Origin: Laetmonice hystrix
Lineage: Eukaryota
Direction of reading: 5' to 3'
Assembly (NCBI GenBank): GCA_965235115.1
Contig: OZ249446.1
Coordinates: 8,804,001-8,868,000 of the forward strand
DNA: 64,000 nucleotides
The notes under the pieces were generated by a model, which worked only from the letters and a program-made list of their open reading frames with translations, ran no database searches and was not told the origin of the DNA. Positions 52,775 to 64,000 of the stretch are shown piece by piece. Position 1 is the first letter of the stretch. Every line of letters starts with the position of its first letter. The translations under genes and the position numbers were made by a program.

Positions 52775-53713
52775 TATACTGAAGTGGAGGGAAGGACGGG
52801 AAGAGCTATATTGACTACGTATTGGTCATATAAACACAGATATCCTATCCTGATTCTCTCTGACCAGAAATTGTAGTGACCCCCCGCCTCCCCCCCAGTC
52901 ACACCGTCAGTACCAGAACTAGCCAATGTAGAACTTCACCACCAGTAGGCTCCGTGACATATTTAGTACGTTTTTCCTCCACCAGGTAGCGTTCTTTCAC
53001 CACCCAAGCAGAATTGATATTATATGGCGTGACTTGTTTATAAACTATTGCCTACCATATATAGAATCGTCTATTATGGAAACGTATGTATATATGATAT
53101 CAGTTTATAGCGTGTCATTGTGAATGGAAATATGTTGTATTCCGTCCTATTAGCAATATGAATTCCTAATGGTTGCTATGCGACCGGAATGTCAAGGGGC
53201 ATATCAGTAACGATGTCCCCGGGTCGATTCAGATCGTCCCGCCAATATCAAACCGCAAAAGTCCTTCCACTCATGACCCTGTCACCACCGGGGCAGACTA
53301 TTTTTGATTGTCCGTGCCGCGGGAGATTTCACGCAGTAGTGAAAACCGTTTCAGCCGTCACAGATGACATGTCTCTTTAGAAGTTCGGTTTAATTTCCGA
53401 CAGCAAACTCGTCAGACAGTGGTGTGTCAGCGGGGGCCAGGAATCGATACACAGGTCTGTCAAACACACACGAGCTCTCCGATTGCTGGTGTAGAAAACA
53501 AACCAGGCAGGGAGGTCAAACCTTCATTGACTTTACTAATAAGAAAAGCATCGCATTCATCAGATCAAAATTCCTAAATAAAACGCCGTTCTTCCTATCC
53601 TGTGGGAGTGTACATCGAACAATGGAGGTTTTCAGTGACGTTTGGGTATAGTATGCGCCTGACACCGCCGCCACTTTCCATAGACTACTCGGGCACAAGG
53701 GGGACCCGACTGG

Positions 53714-53945
53714 CTGGCCGCCGAGACACCACGGGCCGCCGACACCACGGGCCGCCGAGACACCTCCGGCCGTCGACACACCACCGGCCGCCGACACCAC
53801 CGGCTGCCGAGACCCGTGTCGTCGTTAGACGGACGCCAGCCGCCGACACACCACCGGCCGCCGACACCACCGGCCGCCGTCACACCACCGGCCGCCGACA
53901 CACCACCGGCCGCCGACACCACCGGCCGCCGACACCACTGACCGC
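53714..53945. repeat. Degenerate GC-rich tandem repeat, 16-18-bp unit (ccgccgacac[ac]caccgg)
   Basis: Direct reading. Confidence 0.9.
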
Positions 53946-54014
53946 CGTGGGTGGAGGTCTCACGGTACTATACAGGCGGTATATGACCAGAGTAATGTAT
54001 GATGTAAGCCCTCT

Positions 54015-55795
54015 TGATACCGACCGTATCTGGTGATGTTTAGTATGGGAGATGAGACGACCTCGTGATGATACCGACCGTATCTGGTGATGTTTAGTAT
54101 GGGAGATGAGACGACCTCGTGATGATACCGACCGTATCTGGTGATGTTTAGTATGGGAGATGAGACGACCTCATGATGATACCGACCGTATCTGGTGATG
54201 TTTAGTATGGGAGATGGGGCGACCTCATGATGATACCGACCGTATCTGGTGATGTTTAGTATGGGAGATGAGACGACCTCGTGATGATACCGACCGTATC
54301 TGGTGATGTTTAGTATGGGAGATGGGACGACCTCATGATGATACCGACCGTATCTGGTGATGTTTAGTATGGGAGATGGGACGACCTCATGATGATACCG
54401 ACCGTATCTGGTGATGTTTAGTATGGGAGATGAGACGACCTCATGATGATACCGACCGTATCTGGTGATGTTTAGTATGGGAGATGGGACGACCTCATGA
54501 TGATACCGACCGTATCTGGTGATGTTTAGTATGGGAGATGAGACGACCTCATGATGATGCCGACCGTATCTGGTGATGTTTAGTATGGGAGATGGGGCGA
54601 CCTCATGATGATACCGACCGTATCTGGTGATGTTTAGTATGGGAGATGGGACGACCTCATGTTGATACCGACCGTATCTGGTGATGTTTAGTATGGGAGA
54701 TGAGACGACCTCATGTTGATACCGACCGTATCTGGTGATGTTTAGTATGGGAGATGAGACGACCTCGTGATGATACCGACCGTATCTGGTGATGTTTAGT
54801 ATGGGAGATGAGACGACCTCATGATGATGCCGACCGACTGGTGATGTTTAGTATGGGAGATGAGACGACCTCCTGATGATACCGACCGTATCTGGTGATG
54901 TTTAATATGGGAGATGAGACGACCTCATGATGATGCCGACCGACTGGTGATGTTTAGTATGGGAGATGAGACGACCTCATGATGATGCCGACCGTATCTG
55001 GTGATGTTTAGTATGGGAGATGGGACGACCTCATGATGATACCGACCGTATCTGGTGATGTTTAGTATGGGAGATGGGACGACCTCATGTTGATACCGAC
55101 CGTATCTGGTGATGTTTAGTATGGGAGATGGGACGACCTCATGATGATACCGACCGTATCTGGTGATGTTTAGTATGGGAGATGAGACGACCTCATGATG
55201 ATACCGACCGTATCTGGTGATGTTTAGTATGGGAGATGGGACGACCTCATGATGATACCGACCGTATCTGGTGATGTTTAGTATGGGAGATGGGACGACC
55301 TCATGTTGATACCGACCGTATCTGGTGATGTTTAGTATGGGAGATGAGACGACCTCATGTTGATACCGACCGTATCTGGTGATGTTTAGTATGGGAGATG
55401 AGACGACCTCATGATGATACCGACCGTATCTGGTGATGTTTAGTATGGGAGATGAGACGACCTCATGATGATACCGATCGTATCTGGTGATGTTTAGTAT
55501 GGGAGATGAGACGACCTCATGATGATACCGACCGTATCTGGTGATGTTTAGTATGGGAGATGGGACGACCTCATGATGATACCGACCGTATCTGGTGATG
55601 TTTAGTATGGGAGATGGGACGACCTCATGTTGATACCGACCGTATCTGGTGATGTTTAGTATGGGAGATGAGACGACCTCATGTTGATACCGACCGTATC
55701 TGGTGATGTTTAGTATGGGAGATGGGACGACCTCATGTTGATACCGACCGTATCTGGTGATGTTTAGTATGGGGGATGAGACGACCTCGTGATGA
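54015..55795. repeat. Minisatellite, 54-bp unit, about 33 copies
   Basis: Unit gataccgaccgtatctggtgatgtttagtatgggagatgagacgacctcatgat. Confidence 0.98.
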
Positions 55796-55854
55796 CATAT
55801 TTATGGTAATTACGTAACGGCAGCAGGTTATCTTCTCTGTCAGATTCCGACAGT

Positions 55855-55872
55855 TCTCAGCAGGGGGCGCTA
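55855..55872 (+). promoter_or_regulatory. CTCF-like motif (tctcagcagggggcgcta)
   Basis: Close visual match to the CTCF core CCASYAGRKGGCRS. Binding is not demonstrable from sequence. Confidence 0.35.
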
Positions 55873-58800
55873 TATAGAGAAACGCCGGAACATAGCGCTA
55901 TCTCTGTTAATGGACGGCCTGGAATCTTAAAGGGCCCGAATAAAAAAACACACACACGAGCCACGATAACAAAACGGACGATCCGCGGCCAAAGCTGTTA
56001 AAAATGATAGTGTCAACTTGTTTCTGTCGGCAGGGAGTCCATTTGTAATGAGATTATGTCGGCGATCTCCCCAGCCACCAATGGGCCTATTCCAAGACAA
56101 ATGAGACTCGTTTTCACTGAAATCTTTTTTCCAACGATCTCATTTAACTAACCACCACTAACACCATCTGTAACCCTATATCCTCACCCCCCATCCTGTC
56201 TATACCGGCCACCTTTACCAGTGTCTAAATGCTCATGTTAACGAGGCAAACCACCTTACTATCCTAACCTTGTCCACCATTCTGCAGTGATGGCTCTGTG
56301 TCATGCCTTGTGTCATGAATCATGTAGAGATAATATTTTTGTGGTGTATCATATCTCACCAGCCTCCCGTTCGACCACAGCGGAATCATAACATGTTCCG
56401 GACTGACAGGTAGAACAACCTGTAGACCGACATATAGGTAAGACCTCGACAGTTGGAGTAATCTTGACGTAAGGCCTCTCATGTTTTATCACAGAGCCAA
56501 GAAAAGAAGGTTCACCTTTAGGGGAATCGGGCTTTGAAGGATTGTCTGTACATGTAAGGTAGGATAGACTCCTGCCAATAAAAAAAATAGAAGCATAATT
56601 AAATGGCCGGATATTTTCAGATTACCATAAGTTATATGCCGGTATAGGCCTGTTCTTGATGCCACTCGGCAACAGTTCTATATCCGTGAGTCAGAGTGTC
56701 CTATCCTATTATAGACACGAGCCACGAAACGCTTGATAATTTAGGGCTCTACACGTATTGGACTTTACATAGAATTTATTACAAAACATTTCCCGTAACT
56801 TAAACTCCGGACAATTCAATATAGATTGAGAGTTGCCGTGATGGCCCGCGTTTAAAACGGTCCTTTATAACAGGAGATACGTATAGACATGGCTATCATG
56901 GGCCCGTTATGATTCCAGTCTCGGCACGCTGTGGACCTCAGCTGCCCCTGGCGTAAAGTACGGAAATCACGCTGATATACTCGAAGCGCCATCTAGAGGG
57001 AGACCAATAGGGTTCCTTGTTGATTGTAGTCGGCGGGGTGGTTCTGTGGGGTGGTTGGGAACGTTGGTCGCTTCCAGCCGAGATTACGTACTGACACCTT
57101 GCCCGACAGGCGGCGCCAGCAGTCCTACTATTATGTCACCAAATAGTAACTTCATTTGTAACATTGGAAAGTAATGTTTGTTTGGAGACTATGAGGCGTA
57201 TTGAAATGGTTATTTGGGTGTGTTTGTCAGAATTAAACTGCACATCAGTTGAGTAAGAAACATTTACAGTCGTAGCGGTCTACTAGTAACGCCATCTATC
57301 GACTATTACGTAGGCCTACAATGGATTCAAGGGCCAGTGAAAGGCACGCTTTACTGTCTGGGTTTGGTAAATCCTGATTCTATGATTTTGTGATCAATTT
57401 TCAAGGTCCGTTGTCACTTTGTTCTAGTCAGCGTGTCGTAGATTACAACCTGGGAACTCCCACTTCTCCCGTTTCATGGGGTTTCAGCCCTGTCATATCT
57501 TAACTCGTTTCATAGAGTTCGAAACTGTGGCGTGCAGAGAGTATCTGAACACCAAAGTTCAAACCATCTGGGTCGCCTCCCACGAATAAGTTAAAGTGGA
57601 TCACTATCGACGTAAACTCAGAACTGAAACGGTCTCCCTGCTATATTGAAATGTCAGAAACACTCCGCAAACACAACCGATTACCTTGGCTGTCGGAGAT
57701 ACTCAACACAGGGACACTGAAGAAATGGTCGTTTCATATATTTTTATTTAGAAAACAAATATCCTGAATCTGACTTTTTTACCGGTTTAGGTAGGCCTAT
57801 TTAGCCTCATTTAACAAAAAAAAGAAATATGTAGGCCTGTATGTGCATGTCTGTCGGCATGTATTATGTAGGCCTATTATTTATATGTATTTATGTGGAC
57901 GAGACATATTATGGGTGTAGGCATGTGTATATGTACATACAGTTGTGTTATAATGTGTGCACCCAACACGGCAGCCTATTTACATTATATTTTATACATA
58001 TTTCAAGCTTCCTATATGTAATGGATGAAAGCTGTGTATTTTTAATGTTGATCGCATCATATGCGTACGCACAGGCATATACCACACAAATTGTTATACG
58101 TTGCTCATTATTATATATTTAACATCTTTAGCTTATTATGGTATAGGGCCTACTCACCCTTGTCTGGAGTCCTTTCGAACATTATAATAAGCATACAGGG
58201 TGCTTCAAAAAATGTTAACAATTCTGCGAAAGATAGTCCCATATGAATGTTACTATTTTGGAATCACCCTGTATTTTAGTTCAAGTGACTGAACAATACC
58301 ATCACATTATGTCATCGTCAATGACCATCGTTTAAAGTCTCGCATGCGCAGACTCCAAGAGACACATAATATAGATCTAGTCGGTAACTGTATCCGCGTT
58401 ATCTTCTCCTAATAAGGGCAGGCCTATTGTAAACATAAGGTGTTAGAAGATAGGCAGTATGCCCTAAACACGCACGAACCAGGCAATGGGGAACAGCGTA
58501 CGGCACAATTATTATTTGGGCCATAATAGTTCCCTCATCTCCCGATAGACGGCACACTATGAACACATAGGTGGCGCCACTGTCACACTGAAGCCACCAT
58601 GGTTTCCACGTCGCAGCAGCCTTCTACATTCAGAGTGGCTTTAGCATTGGAATAACACTACGACCACAACTTATAGCACCGTCAGAAGGAAAAATAAATT
58701 TGTTTGATACTTTCTTCCAGCCAGCAAACTCTCAGCCGAGGCTGTCGAGGAAGATGTAACTTTAATTACGGATGAACTGAACTCCAAAATCATAGTTTCC

Positions 58801-59131
58801 AACCAAAGAACTTTGGCTAAATCAGCATCCGTATCATTTCACATTGCGTACAATAAAAGTACGCCATTGATGGGACCAGTTGCTTTGTTGAAACTCCTCC
58901 AGAGAATCACTTGGACCTGGCCTAGGTCTACGCCCTCCGAACTCTCACTGCTTGTCGTGATCCTCAATTTTAACGGCAGGTTTCGTACCTGCCAACACAT
59001 TTATAATAGACTCTATGTCATCATTAGTTGTCGCGCCGAGAGACGGCATTCAGAAACCTTGGCAATCACCCCGGTTAACTGTCTACGTCCATCCTTATAT
59101 CCGCGTCGCGTCTCTCACTAAATCCCGTGAT

Positions 59132-59639
59132 CTATGACGTATATGATCCCGCTGAATTATTTTTGGTATCATGAACATTCATGCCTGGAAATGAGCATCT
59201 TTGACTCGGCATGGCCGAATTTGTCTGGCTGGAACTACTTTCTCCATTGGTGGTATTTTTCCTTGGGGTGAAAACCTCTGCTTCTGGGTCCAACTCGTAA
59301 TACTGGGCGGGATCCTCAAACTCGGACACATCTCGTCTGTGAAATGTGGGACTTTCATAGACATGTTCCACGTAGCGCACGCCGTATTCGCCACCGTCGG
59401 GTTGAGTCAAGGAACCCAGCTGGGATTCTGCCGCCATTGTACCGACTTCCGGTACGGGTATCGCCGGCGGACGTCCCTGCCCGTGACGATGTAGTTCCCA
59501 GGTCCTGAAGTAGTTGTGTCCGCCATTGTTGGCTGGGTTCAGTAATGTGTTGTTCTTGTTGACATCTCCAGCCTCCATTACATTGGTACATGGAGACCCA
59601 CGCTGACTCGGGGTACGCCGAGTGGTCCGAGTCCATTTT
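59132..59639 (-). CDS. Gene B: last exon, cytoplasmic tail with NYFRTW, YVEHVYESP and QYYELDP motifs
   Basis: Acceptor ttttgcttctcctcag|, phase 2, continuous with the 173-aa ORF to the stop at 59132. Confidence 0.92.
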
Positions 59640-59898
59640 CTGAGGAGAAGCAAAATATTATCATCATTTTAAAAGCTAACATTGTTTATATCAAAGACAG
59701 CATTAATTCACCAAATGGCGGAGCCGCCCTCAAGGAGGAGAAAAAAAAATAATTATGACAATGTTTCTGGACAGAAAAAATATGATCTTAACGACCATTC
59801 CCTGACCGGTAATCAATCGACAATAACCAGTAAAGAACTGCAGACAGTTATACTATGTCGTTTGTTTTAAGGATCAAACAGGTGAAAAATATGCTTAC

Positions 59899-59980
59899 TT
59901 TCTCAGGCAAACTACTCCTACGACGAGGATGACGAGCGCGATTGCCATGGCTACCAACGCAATAACCACAATGGATAGAT
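59899..59980 (-). CDS. Gene B: transmembrane exon (DLSIVVIALVAMAIALVILVVGVVCLRK)
   Basis: Acceptor ttgtccttccag| and donor GAAA|gtaagc. 82 nt, phase 1 to 2 as in gene A. Confidence 0.92.
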
Positions 59981-60321
59981 CTGGAAGGACAAATATTACT
60001 TAGATATTGTCAGGTCGTGTTGGTGGTATACCTGTCGATCAATACATGCAGGGCCCTCTGATATAGGAGATGTCAGAAAAATCTAATAATCCTCTTGGAG
60101 AGAAAATGCTCTCAGAGAAAATGCTTTTACAGTCCCCTTTACAGTTTTTTTGGTCAATGTTGCGCTTCTTGAAGCCGTTACGGCCCTAAAGGAAAGAATG
60201 CGGATGTAAGTGCCGGCTTATCTTATACTGAAAACACGCCATTAAAAAAAGGAGGATTTATTTTTAATCTTCTTTATAAAATGCGTGCCTCTAAGTGTGG
60301 GAGTGTGTTGGACGAACTCAC

Positions 60322-60378
60322 CTGGGGACAGAGAGAGGATGTTGTCAAGGACCCCAGCCGCATTCGTCCGAGCGTGAG
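60322..60378 (-). CDS. Gene B: 57-nt stalk exon (AHARTNAAGVLDNILSLSP)
   Basis: Acceptor ttgttatttcacag| and donor CAG|gtgagt. Phase 1-1, same length as in gene A. Confidence 0.85.
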
Positions 60379-62290
60379 CTGTGAAATAACAAGGAATATT
60401 ATGGTCACACTGATGACACCTTACTGAGAAAAATGTATACTTTCATTTAACATAACAAAGAAAAAGCTTTGACAATTTTTCCATTTCAACTGTCAGATCC
60501 GACACTTTCTTTGTCAAAGTCAAGTTACATTTGGTGTTTACTTTTGGATATCATCCATGGGCGTTCGCAATAACCGAACCTTTTATTGGCAAAAACACAC
60601 ATCTCCGTAATCGAAATTGGCGTTTAATCACTGCAGAGCGAGTCGTGCCTTCAACATACTCATCCCCATAGTGCATTTATGTAATGACGAAAAAATAAAT
60701 ACAGATGATAAGTTTTATACTGCTTTGGGAGTGTTTGGATGTGTGTGAAAAACAGACAAGAAATGTGACTGATCAGACGTAGATGAAAGAAATCAATGAA
60801 CCGCTGTTATTTTCAGTGCCGCCACTGAAGCTGCCCAGATCCCGGCAGTCCCAGATCACGGTTTCAAAGCTTATGTTTTCATTAAAATATAGGGTTACGT
60901 CGCGAGCCGGGTGATTATGCTAAAGCGCCACATGCAGATTCGCATGCGAAACGCGATTACAATCCAGGCTCTCCTCGCTGATTTTTTCCACCATCTTTAA
61001 AAAAAAGCCATTATGGGGAAATGCTTCCATAGCCAACTGAAGCAACGGTAAGGCAGCAGCTGACGTTGAGGGAGGGGATTAGCTCTACCAAACGCTTTTT
61101 GTAACAGTGAGGTTGCATTAAAAGTTGTTTTGTTAACGAAAGAAGACTCAGTGTGAAATCTACTTCAAAGCTCAATGTTGTGAGCAGCAGACGAAACTGA
61201 TCGCTTTGTTTGTATTTCCACGGCGGTAATGTACACCCATCTGTCGGTAGAACAAACTGTTCCCTGCTATACAGAGTGGGTGGGGGTAGGGTGGGGTCCT
61301 TCCTGGAATCTCTCCTCTACCATACAAGACTTGGGGTTTTCTATTATGTTAGTAGTGGAGTCATAAACGACACAGTTTGAGGTGGGTGTGTGCATGTCTG
61401 TGTTCAATATATCTTATATATTTCTTTTATCCAGACTTGCCCAAAAAGCAAAAATTGTGAATCAGTTTTAAATAAATAATTGGAATAACAGGGGATATTC
61501 TAGGATTTCCATGGCACGGTAGTGATCGCCCTGATTTATTAGTGATTCACATGTTATTTGTGTTTGTAAAGGCCGATTCAAGTAACACCGGCGCGCGTTC
61601 TAGTCGGCTTGCCTCGTCATCATTACAGAATCGCATGTCGTCATCAGCGGGCAGACGAAAACACACGAACCTGATGCTTTGTCGTCATCCGTCCTCTCTC
61701 TCTAAAACATTCCTAGGTTTTGAGTCGAAACATTGTGTGCGAAGTGCGATCAATTAATGGCGACATTAAATTGGTAATTTGATCTCTTTCTCTGTTGGGT
61801 TTGTCGTGGATTTGTTTTCCGAGCACTACGTGTCTCGAAGTTTACCTGTTCCGCGAAGCGTGTCGGGCAGACATCGTCATGCCGCCACAATACTGACACG
61901 GCAGGCAACTAAGCATGTGTTTACGAACCCCAAAAAAGGTGTTGGCATGCTTCACCTGATCCGTGGGTATAGCCATACTGATAACGAGGCCGTTAGTTTT
62001 TTCATCACTAAATGATTTTCGACATTTTTTAAGAACGAATCTCCTGTTTATGCATGATGATTAATCTAGTCGGAAAGATTCTGGGTAGCGCATACTGACT
62101 GATGTTGACTCATATTGACTGGCGACGATGGGTAAGTTATAGGAACCATCTTCATAGGACTTCGTAATGAGGAAACCAGACTTTGCTCAATACTAGCACC
62201 AAAAGTGGTAACATTATAACGTTTTGTGTTGTTTTTCATGCCCTATTAAAGGCCCTATAGAATGAGAGAAACATAATTATCGTCCAATTC

Positions 62291-62444
62291 NNNNNNNNNN
62301 NNNNNNNNNNNNNNNNNNNNNNNNNNNNNNNNNNNNNNNNNNNNNNNNNNNNNNNNNNNNNNNNNNNNNNNNNNNNNNNNNNNNNNNNNNNNNNNNNNNN
62401 NNNNNNNNNNNNNNNNNNNNNNNNNNNNNNNNNNNNNNNNNNNN
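62291..62444. other. Assembly gap (N run) inside a gene B intron
   Basis: 154 N bases. Confidence 1.
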
Positions 62445-63703
62445 TTCTCCCCTAATTGTCGATAAGTCTCATACATTTCGCAAAGCGGGTCAAATGACAA
62501 GGTGAATCAGGTGTCCAAATGAAGTGGGCCTAATTGAACCTATTAAATGAATTCGATTATTCTAATCTTTACAAAAATTAGAATGACCGGAAAATGCATA
62601 ACTTTATCATCATAATGGTAAAGACAAAGGCGTAGCTTTCATTATATACGGACATAATACGTACTTTTCCTCTCAGGTAGCATAGGCCGTAAGCTATTTT
62701 GTCCCTTGTATTTGCATTAAAGCTACCCATGAAAACCAAGACTGTAACATCTCATCACAGACACACCATGTACCAGAGTGAATTTGTACCTTCTCTCAAA
62801 AAATGACGACGTGCCTTCAGTCATTAGTAAAGCTGTTAAGTTCAAAGTCGTACCGTTTGTTTGATCTTATACATACGAGCGCGAAAGGTACAGTACCAAC
62901 CAACAGTAATATTATCGTAACACGTAGAAAAGAGCAGAAAAAGACAGGGAGCACGGAGCACAAGGGTCGACCCGTGCTGGCCTCTTTATCACAGACCTTC
63001 TCTTTATGTATACCCCGTCAATAACTAACAAAGACAAAATATTGTATTATGACCTAGCAGTCCGTCAACGAGGCTTACCCAAGGAGTTCTCTCCCTCGTA
63101 CACACACAAACACACAAATTAGATTAAGATTTAATAAAGTAAATAAATAAAAATGAAATAAATATGAAATATCTGCCTGGTATTACCAAGCTTTAATATG
63201 TTTCTGCTGTGGAGCGTAAATGGCATACCTGGTCGCAGGAAATTGTTCATTTAAAACAGCTTCTGAATCTTTCTTTGATCTGTTCATTTAAAACAACTGC
63301 TGAATAGTTCTTTGATTGGAAGTGCCAGACACAATCGTAATATGTCACACCTATTGACATCCGCCATATTTGTTATCGTTTTGAAGATTCCATATGTCGC
63401 ATAAAAGAATATGAGAGAGTCGACCATGATCTATAAATTATACCCATCACTGACTGAAGAACAGGCAGGGAGTATCAATTTTTAGCCGTGTCAATTTTTA
63501 GTCCAGCAAATTGCATTATGCCAAACTCAAGGTTACGTGCAGTATATAATTCATAACGCGACACCTAAATATGGCTTCCTGTCCTTTTCGTATGTCACCG
63601 ACTTCCTAACATAATTATTCTCGCCATTGTGATGAAAATCTGCGGGTTTCCTCACCGCCACGGCTCCTTATAAGGTAAGTGATTGCAAGCAGTGAAAACC
63701 TAC

Positions 63704-63859
63704 CTCCAGTACAATTGCCTGACTCTCCGAGCCAACGGTTGCCGTGACAAACCAGCTTCCAGACTTTCTCAGGCCGTCCGCAGCCTATTTCCGCCTTCTT
63801 GTCACCGTGCATCTTCACCCAGCCGTGGGCAGGCTTCTCAGGACGTGCGCAGCCGATGG
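63704..63859 (-). CDS. Gene B (paralog of A, 5' exons beyond the window): CCP/sushi-like exon (IGCARPEKPAHGWVKMHGDKKAEIGCGRPEKVWKLVCHGNRWLGESGNCTG)
   Basis: Acceptor tttgccgttacag| and donor GAG|gtaggt. 156 nt, phase 1-1. Aligns with the gene A exon (IGC, GWVK, GC, W.L.CH.N.W.G, NC). Confidence 0.9.
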
Positions 63860-64000
63860 CTGTAACGGCAAAGGTCAAACAAGTGGCATGAGACGGCATC
63901 AAACCTTCCACACTCCAACTCGATCTTAGGGTATGTTCCGTATCACTTATACATGAAGAGGAACGGACAAAATTAATATAACAATCTACGTAATGGAAAC

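Noticed and set aside
52174-52814. About 200-aa Cys/Tyr-rich ORFs
   Set aside because: The same 44-aa cycle appears in all three frames because the 44-bp unit has no stop codon.
54015-55795. CRISPR-like array (also considered for the 66-, 56-, 44- and 26-bp arrays)
   Set aside because: Units are contiguous with no unique spacers, there are no cas genes, and the DNA is eukaryotic.

Overview
Intron-rich metazoan genomic DNA, with no prokaryotic features. The domain content suggests a lophotrochozoan such as an annelid, but this is inference. Reading splice signals by hand gives three multi-exon genes that the ORF track shows only in fragments. Gene 1 (+, 3891-9270, 4 exons, 218 aa) encodes a secreted protein with signal peptide, Ly6/three-finger-like domain and a divergent chitin-binding type-2 (CBM14) domain. 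Gene A (-, 46113-12080, 8 coding exons, 525 aa if the distant signal-peptide exon belongs to it) encodes a type I membrane protein: SUEL/rhamnose-binding lectin, CUB, CCP/sushi, stalk, TM helix and a tyrosine-motif tail. Gene B (-, 63859-59132, 5' part outside the window) is a tandem paralog of A with the same exon phases and three tail motifs conserved in otherwise divergent sequence. The rest holds at least seven minisatellite arrays, which generate the longest ORFs in the track. It also holds microsatellites, three hairpin/TIR MITE-like elements at CWG sites, clustered TAGGCCTA/TAGATCTA palindromes, CTCF-like motifs and one assembly gap. The most interesting observation is the tandem family of lectin-CUB-CCP receptors with conserved phosphotyrosine-type tails, next to a Ly6-CBM14 gene, which may form a glycan-recognition cluster. 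Domain calls are by motif recognition only; no database search was run.
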